64,000 bases of DNA from a virus, in IMG/VR virus record IMGVR_UViG_3300010354_011858, positions 6,342 through 70,341 of that record. One strand, given 5' to 3'. Below are positions 58,815-64,000 of this stretch, piece after piece. The position numbers and the translations under genes are program-made. The notes below the pieces were generated by a model. It was not told the DNA's origin. It was given only the letters and a program-made list of their open reading frames with translations, and did not search any database. Position 1 is the first letter of the stretch, and every line of letters starts with the position of its first letter.

Positions 58815-59106
58815 TGTAGTTGAGGTATTCAAGGTATACTGCAAGGAAAAGGGTAAACTTTTTGTACCAGATTCACCCAGGCAAGAAGATGTAGCAAATA
58901 GTCTTGCTGACCATTATGATAGTGATACTTTACTTGATGCTATTAAATGGTATATTGAGAAAGATGAAGGCCCAATTCTTGTATTTGATTTTGCTCTGAA
59001 GTCAAGAGACTATGTGCAGAAGATACAGAAAGAGAAAGCCTCTATAGACAGGTTCAAACAGACGGTTGCGGAGACTAGAAAGCTGATAGAAAAAGATGAA
59101 CTATGA
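58795..59106 (+). CDS. hypothetical protein upstream of the helicase
   Basis: 103-aa coupled ORF. Confidence 0.7.
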   Translation: MAITGNDVVEVFKVYCKEKGKLFVPDSPRQEDVANSLADHYDSDTLLDAIKWYIEKDEGPILVFDFALKSRDYVQKIQKEKASIDRFKQTVAETRKLIEKDEL

Positions 59107-60316
59107 AATGAGGCTTATCAACTCAATTGTTGAAAGCGGTGACATGGTTACAGCGATCAATGAAGGCGTTGATGGTGTCTTCTCAGAGTACAGAGATATA
59201 TGGAACTTTGTGTTAAGTCATTATGATAAACACAGCAAGGCTCCATCTAAAGACACCATTAAATCTCACTTCTCTGATTTTGAGTTTATAAACGCATCAG
59301 AACCATTGATGTATTATGTTGATCAGGCTAAAAAGGAATCACTTGCTCTGCAAACTAGAAGAATTGTAGCGCAGGCGCATTCACTTCTTGGTGAACTTGG
59401 GCCAAAAGAAGCACTGTCATTTTTGATGGAGAATACTTCTAAATTATATAAGTACTCTAGCAATTTAAAAGATACTGATCTTGTTAGTGAATGGCGTGAT
59501 AGATTCGCTGACTTACAAGAGAGAGCCAATAATCCCGACAAGGATATTGTTGGTATTCCTAGCGGTATTTCTGTTATTGACAAAGTATTCGGTGGCTGGC
59601 AACCAGGCGATTTTATTGTGTTGCTTGGCTGGACAGGCGTTGGTAAATCTTTTATAGCAAGACTATTTGCCGTTAATGCTTGGCGTGCTGGTTATAGACC
59701 GATGATTATCTCTCTTGAAATGAATAAAATGCAAGAGGGGCAGAGGCTTGATACGCTGCTCAATAATGGTGAAGGGCACTTTACTAACACAGACTTAGTT
59801 AAGGCTAATCCTCATGTTGTTGATAGATATGGCAAGTGGGCCGAGGTCACATTTGAAGGCAAGCAACCGATATATCTGATCACCTCAGAGGGGCTTGAAA
59901 CTGCTGATCAAAATATGGTGCAGGCTAAGATAGATCAGTATCAACCAGATATGGTGATATTAGATTATCATGGTCTATTTGATGATTCTAGCGGAGCCAA
60001 GAATGAAACTGAAAAGGCAAAGAATCTTTCAAAAGCATTCAAGAGAATTGCAGTTAAGAATAACGTTCCAATCATTGACGTTGCTGCTGTAACAATGAGT
60101 GATGGGCATAGCGAAAGACCACCGGAACTTGAAGAAGTTGCATGGTCAAAGCAGTTAGCCTATGATGCCGATCTCGTTCTTGCTATTCATAGAGAATACA
60201 ACTCCGATACATTTCAGGTTGTATCTAGAAAAGTAAGAAGAGCTACACATTTTGGATTTTACTTGAAGTGGAATCTAGAAACCGGAAAGTGGAATGAAGA
60301 ATGGGACTTGGGATGA
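59096..60316 (+). CDS. dnaB: DnaB-like replicative helicase
   Basis: GIPSG, GWTGVGKS Walker A, SLEM, ILDY, YDAD. Confidence 0.93.
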   Translation: MNYEMRLINSIVESGDMVTAINEGVDGVFSEYRDIWNFVLSHYDKHSKAPSKDTIKSHFSDFEFINASEPLMYYVDQAKKESLALQTRRIVAQAHSLLGELGPKEALSFLMENTSKLYKYSSNLKDTDLVSEWRDRFADLQERANNPDKDIVGIPSGISVIDKVFGGWQPGDFIVLLGWTGVGKSFIARLFAVNAWRAGYRPMIISLEMNKMQEGQRLDTLLNNGEGHFTNTDLVKANPHVVDRYGKWAEVTFEGKQPIYLITSEGLETADQNMVQAKIDQYQPDMVILDYHGLFDDSSGAKNETEKAKNLSKAFKRIAVKNNVPIIDVAAVTMSDGHSERPPELEEVAWSKQLAYDADLVLAIHREYNSDTFQVVSRKVRRATHFGFYLKWNLETGKWNEEWDLG

Positions 60317-60510
60317 AAATTGAAACAGATGATAATGTTTTGTATGTTCTGCACGGTATCAGCCGTGATGTAGAGACAATCATCAGATTGCGCCCTTGGA
60401 TTGAAGACGAAATCAAGGATCGATATGGTGATTTTACAACAACAAAACTATACACTGATTACAAACCAAAAACTGAAACATTTGAATACAAAATTGTCTT
60501 CTACAAATAG
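60313..60510 (+). CDS. hypothetical protein
   Basis: ATGA overlap with the dnaB stop. Confidence 0.6.
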   Translation: MKIETDDNVLYVLHGISRDVETIIRLRPWIEDEIKDRYGDFTTTKLYTDYKPKTETFEYKIVFYK

Positions 60511-61408
60511 TCTTGAATCTGAGATAAGAAGTCTGTTTTCTAATTATAATATTCAGATACAGACTGAAGCCGGCAAGGAGGCAACAATTTATTGCCCCTT
60601 CCATAAGAACACGCACAGCCCTGCTTTTTATATTAATTTAAAGACCGGGCTATGGCAGTGCTTTAATCCATCTTGTGATAAAAAAGGCAACTTTAGACAA
60701 CTTTACAAGCATTTGACTGGTAAATCATACGGTCGTGAAAAAAAGATTGACCCTGTGAATCTCCAGCGTGAACTTGAAATGGCACTTGATTTCAAGAAAA
60801 AAGAAGAATTGTCCATTGACTCAATAGAAGTTGATTACAATTCAGAAGAAATAAAGTTGCTTCAAACAATGTTAGACAGAGGATTGTCTAAAGAAACATT
60901 GCAATTTCTAGAGATCGGATTCTCAAGAGTAAAAGAACGTGTTGTTATACCTGTGCGTGATAGTCAATATAATATTGTAGGCCTGATTGGTCGTGCCATT
61001 CATGACTGGCAGGATCCTAGATATTTGTATAACAAGGGGTTTAAGAGAGCAGAAATTCTATTCAATATACAAAATGCAAAGAAATTTGATGAGTGTATTG
61101 TAGTTGAAGGTAGTCTTGACTGTGCAAAGGTTGTACAATCTGGCTATAAAAATTCTGTAGCAACACTAGGCGCTCAAGTGTCGGAGCAACAAGCATCGAT
61201 GCTCAGAAAATATTTTGACAAAATCATAATATTTTCTGACAACGACAGCGCCGGCAATGCCATGTGTGATGCTATAATCAGATCTTGCGAGGGCAAGGAC
61301 TTGTATCGGATGCTCATTACTGATGGGCTGAAAGATCCTGGTGAAATGTCCGAGCAGGAAATACAACAATCATATCAAAATAAAATTTCCATTATAGGAG
61401 GAAGGTAG
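60401..61408 (+). CDS. dnaG: DNA primase (CHC2 Zn finger plus TOPRIM)
   Basis: CPFH..CFN..C, VVEG..D, FSDNDSAG, KDPGE; true start probably near 60482-60494. Confidence 0.9.
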   Translation: MKTKSRIDMVILQQQNYTLITNQKLKHLNTKLSSTNSLESEIRSLFSNYNIQIQTEAGKEATIYCPFHKNTHSPAFYINLKTGLWQCFNPSCDKKGNFRQLYKHLTGKSYGREKKIDPVNLQRELEMALDFKKKEELSIDSIEVDYNSEEIKLLQTMLDRGLSKETLQFLEIGFSRVKERVVIPVRDSQYNIVGLIGRAIHDWQDPRYLYNKGFKRAEILFNIQNAKKFDECIVVEGSLDCAKVVQSGYKNSVATLGAQVSEQQASMLRKYFDKIIIFSDNDSAGNAMCDAIIRSCEGKDLYRMLITDGLKDPGEMSEQEIQQSYQNKISIIGGR

Positions 61409-61413
61409 GAAAC

Positions 61414-62052
61414 ATGTTTGAATCATTAAAGACACTTAAAGACTTAGAAAAGAATATTCCGACTCAGAGCGGTGGTGGGGCAAAGAAGTTCTTCACCATC
61501 TCTTCGGGAGAGACTTTCAAGATTAGATTCCGTCAGGAACTTACTGAGGATTCTAAGTATTATGATGAGACATCTGGGACTGCAATCACTGTTCCGGTTG
61601 TTACATCGCCCATCAATTGGAAGTGGCGTGCCGCTTCTACTGCTGGTCTTGAGAAGTTTAATTACCGTTGCTGGGCTAGCGAGCAAATTTCTAAGGACAC
61701 TAGATGGAGACCGAAGCCCCACTTGCTTATTAACGTAGCAGTTGAGGTTGAGCCTGGAACTTGGGAGCCTCGTATCATTGATACGACCTTCAACCAGCGT
61801 CATATTGGTCTTATTCTTATTGAATACGCTAAGGAATTTGGCACGATCACTGATCGTTACTACAAGTATTCAAGAACAGGTTCTGGAGCACAGGATACGA
61901 ATTACACTCTTATCCCGCTTGATCAGTCACCGATGCCGAGTAATATTTCTTCATTGCCGATGCATGATCTTAACAATGTTTACATGACATTGCCTTATGC
62001 AAAGCAGGAAGCATTCTTTACTACTGGTGAATTAGTAAAAGACACTTGGTGA
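61414..62052 (+). CDS. single-stranded DNA-binding protein (gp32-like)
   Basis: KIRF, YKYSRTG.G..DTNYTLIP; after primase; GC-rich codons. Confidence 0.7.
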   Translation: MFESLKTLKDLEKNIPTQSGGGAKKFFTISSGETFKIRFRQELTEDSKYYDETSGTAITVPVVTSPINWKWRAASTAGLEKFNYRCWASEQISKDTRWRPKPHLLINVAVEVEPGTWEPRIIDTTFNQRHIGLILIEYAKEFGTITDRYYKYSRTGSGAQDTNYTLIPLDQSPMPSNISSLPMHDLNNVYMTLPYAKQEAFFTTGELVKDTW

Positions 62053-62058
62053 AAGGTG

Positions 62059-62090
62059 TGTGCCGGCAGGGATGAAACCCTGCCGGCACA
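62059..62090 (+). terminator. GC-rich hairpin (terminator or processing site)
   Basis: TGTGCCGGCAGGG-ATGAAA-CCCTGCCGGCACA; weak U tail. Confidence 0.65.
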
Positions 62091-62097
62091 AATATTT

Positions 62098-62637
62098 ATG
62101 GCTAAAAGAATATGTCTTGACCTTGATGGTATTATTACCGACATTGGTTCTCGTTTAAAAGAGTATGCTGAATTAGGCTCTCTTGAATTTGATGCAGAGC
62201 ATATAGGCGAGGCTCTGCTGACACCAGACGGTGTGGATTATCTTGAATATATATTTGAAGATCCATTGTTTTGGCGAAACTTAATGCCTATTAAAGACTC
62301 ATGGCATGCCATTAATGAATGGTTTATGATGGGCTATGATGTTACTTTTGTGACCGCAAGAAGATCAGAAACATCAATATCAGAAATTGAACCTTGGCTT
62401 GATGGCTGGCGTGTCATGTACTCTGATATCGTAATCTGCGAGATGAATCATAAGTATGAGCATCTATCAAAGCTCAATCCTATCTTCTACATTGATGATA
62501 ATCCTACAGAGATAAGGAAAATTATGTCTGAGCTCTCAGTCCCATGCTATGTCATCAAAACATGGTACAATGAGCATCTTATTGGTAAAGATATCCCGAC
62601 AATCGATAAAATTTCTACCCTGCAGGTTTCTAAATAG
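62098..62637 (+). CDS. HAD-family 5'(3')-nucleotidase
   Basis: DLDGIITD, VTAR, K, IDDNP; ATG 62098 lies after the hairpin. Confidence 0.82.
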   Translation: MAKRICLDLDGIITDIGSRLKEYAELGSLEFDAEHIGEALLTPDGVDYLEYIFEDPLFWRNLMPIKDSWHAINEWFMMGYDVTFVTARRSETSISEIEPWLDGWRVMYSDIVICEMNHKYEHLSKLNPIFYIDDNPTEIRKIMSELSVPCYVIKTWYNEHLIGKDIPTIDKISTLQVSK

Positions 62638-64000
62638 TGACTGACTTTGTTCATCTCCACTGCCATTCGGAGTATTCTCTTCTTGATGGCATGTCAACGC
62701 CCTACGATATAGCCCGTGTAGCATCTACAAATGGACAATATGCTGCATCAATTACAGATCATGGCACAATGGGCGGTGTTTTAAAGTTTCAAGAAGCATG
62801 TAGAAAATCAGGAGTCAAACCACTCTTTGGTGTAGAGGCTTACTTTGTTGATTCTGTTGCCAATGATGGCGATGGTCGCCATGAAAGATTCCATCTTATT
62901 CTATTAGCAAAGAATAACGAGGGTCTGCAAAAGCTATTTAAAGCCAGTCAGGTCGGCTGGACAGATAATTTCTACTACAAGCCTAGAATTGACTTTGATC
63001 TGTTAGAGCAAATTGTCGATAATGACATTATTGCCCTATCTGGTTGCCTTGGCGGTGCAATCTGTAAGGCTATTGAAGCAGGCAACACATCACGAGCAGA
63101 ACAGTTATCTGAACGTTTTATAAAGATATTCAAGGATGACTTCTACTATGAAGTTCAGGCTTGGAATCCTGCTCATATTAACAAGGGTCTCTTCGATTTG
63201 GCGGCTTCTTTTGGTAGAAAGCCTGTCGCTACTGCTGACTGTCATTTTCCCACACATGATGATCGTGGTCACGAAGAAGTACTGCTGATGATATCTCAGT
63301 ATCCTTCACTAAACTCCGGCGACCTTCGTAAGGCTAGAGAGAATATTCGCCATGAAGGTAGCATCATTGAAAAAATGAATGCTATGTATCCAGATAGATT
63401 CTTACGGTTTGACGAAATAAATCCATACATTGCCTCTGCATCAGAGATTCAATCGTGGTTCAATACTGTTGGCATAGACAGAACTGATATCTTGGAAAAC
63501 ACCATTGAGGTGGCGCAAAAATGCACTGCGGAGATTCCGACTAAGAGAAAACTCTTGCCTAAATTCATGAAGTCGCTAGACTCAAATGAATACTTGCGTG
63601 AAGTGTCTACATTTGAGTTAGAGCGCCGTGGTTTTGGTGATGAATACAGGGAAAGACTTGAAGAGGAATTGTCGATCATTTCTCGCCTTGGTTTTGCTGA
63701 CTATTTCTTGATGGTATGGGACTTGGTGAAATGGGCTGATAATAATAATGTTGGTCGTGGTCCTGGCCGTGGTTCTGTCGGTGGAAGTTTGCTGGCGTTC
63801 TTGCTTGATATCTCGAAAGTAGATCCCATAAAGTATGGGTTGCTGTTCTCACGCTTTTTGAATCCTGAAAGAAACGACTATCCTGATATCGATCTTGACT
63901 TTGAAGATAAGCGTCGTGATGAGATCAAGAAGTATTTGAGAAGTCGGTGGGGTGAGGACAACGTAGCAGCAATTTCTATCTATGGTACGTTCAAGGCAAA
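62637..64000 (+). CDS. dnaE: DNA polymerase III alpha subunit, truncated by the window end
   Basis: GTG start, FVHLHCHSEYSLLDG, ITDHG, GVEAY, KPRID, GRGS.GGSL, FSRFLNPER..YPDIDLDF; absent from the ORF track. Confidence 0.96.
   Translation, partial: MTDFVHLHCHSEYSLLDGMSTPYDIARVASTNGQYAASITDHGTMGGVLKFQEACRKSGVKPLFGVEAYFVDSVANDGDGRHERFHLILLAKNNEGLQKLFKASQVGWTDNFYYKPRIDFDLLEQIVDNDIIALSGCLGGAICKAIEAGNTSRAEQLSERFIKIFKDDFYYEVQAWNPAHINKGLFDLAASFGRKPVATADCHFPTHDDRGHEEVLLMISQYPSLNSGDLRKARENIRHEGSIIEKMNAMYPDRFLRFDEINPYIASASEIQSWFNTVGIDRTDILENTIEVAQKCTAEIPTKRKLLPKFMKSLDSNEYLREVSTFELERRGFGDEYRERLEEELSIISRLGFADYFLMVWDLVKWADNNNVGRGPGRGSVGGSLLAFLLDISKVDPIKYGLLFSRFLNPERNDYPDIDLDFEDKRRDEIKKYLRSRWGEDNVAAISIYGTFKA

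Noticed and set aside
1-64000. tRNA/rRNA genes, inteins or alternative genetic code
   Set aside because: No cloverleaf or T-loop found by eye; nrdJ, dnaB and the dnaE fragment look uninterrupted; genes are full length under the standard code. tRNAscan-SE would be decisive for tRNAs

Overview
A 64 kb piece of a large, tailed dsDNA phage with siphovirus-type morphogenesis genes, most likely infecting an Actinobacterium. Host evidence: a WhiB-like gene, an LPXTG protein, a FadD19-like ligase and many TG-n-TANNNT promoters placed 6-9 nt before an ATG. Left arm (1-10185, minus strand): thyX, a modular protein with two HiPIP-like domains, an AT-rich cassette of a FadD19-like acyl-CoA ligase plus two cytochromes P450, and an SDR further downstream. 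From about 10.3 kb (plus strand): GT4 glycosyltransferase, class II RNR, sulfotransferase, portal, protease/scaffold, capsid and accessory virion genes, an antisense halogenase/2OG-oxygenase cassette, a secreted PA14/LPXTG surface-protein cassette, endolysin, neck and tail genes (with a -1 frameshifted chaperone), a 2046-aa tape measure, tail tip genes, then replication genes (DnaB, primase, SSB, DnaE cut by the window end). I saw no terminase, integrase, tRNA, rRNA or CRISPR array. Most notable: the phage-borne P450/P450/CoA-ligase cassette and the hairpin that controls it; hairpins with a promoter at the apex; a possible PAPS/sulfation pair; a 25-aa metallothionein-like ORF; and a three-member unknown paralog family. 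All product calls rest on motif recognition only; no searches were run.
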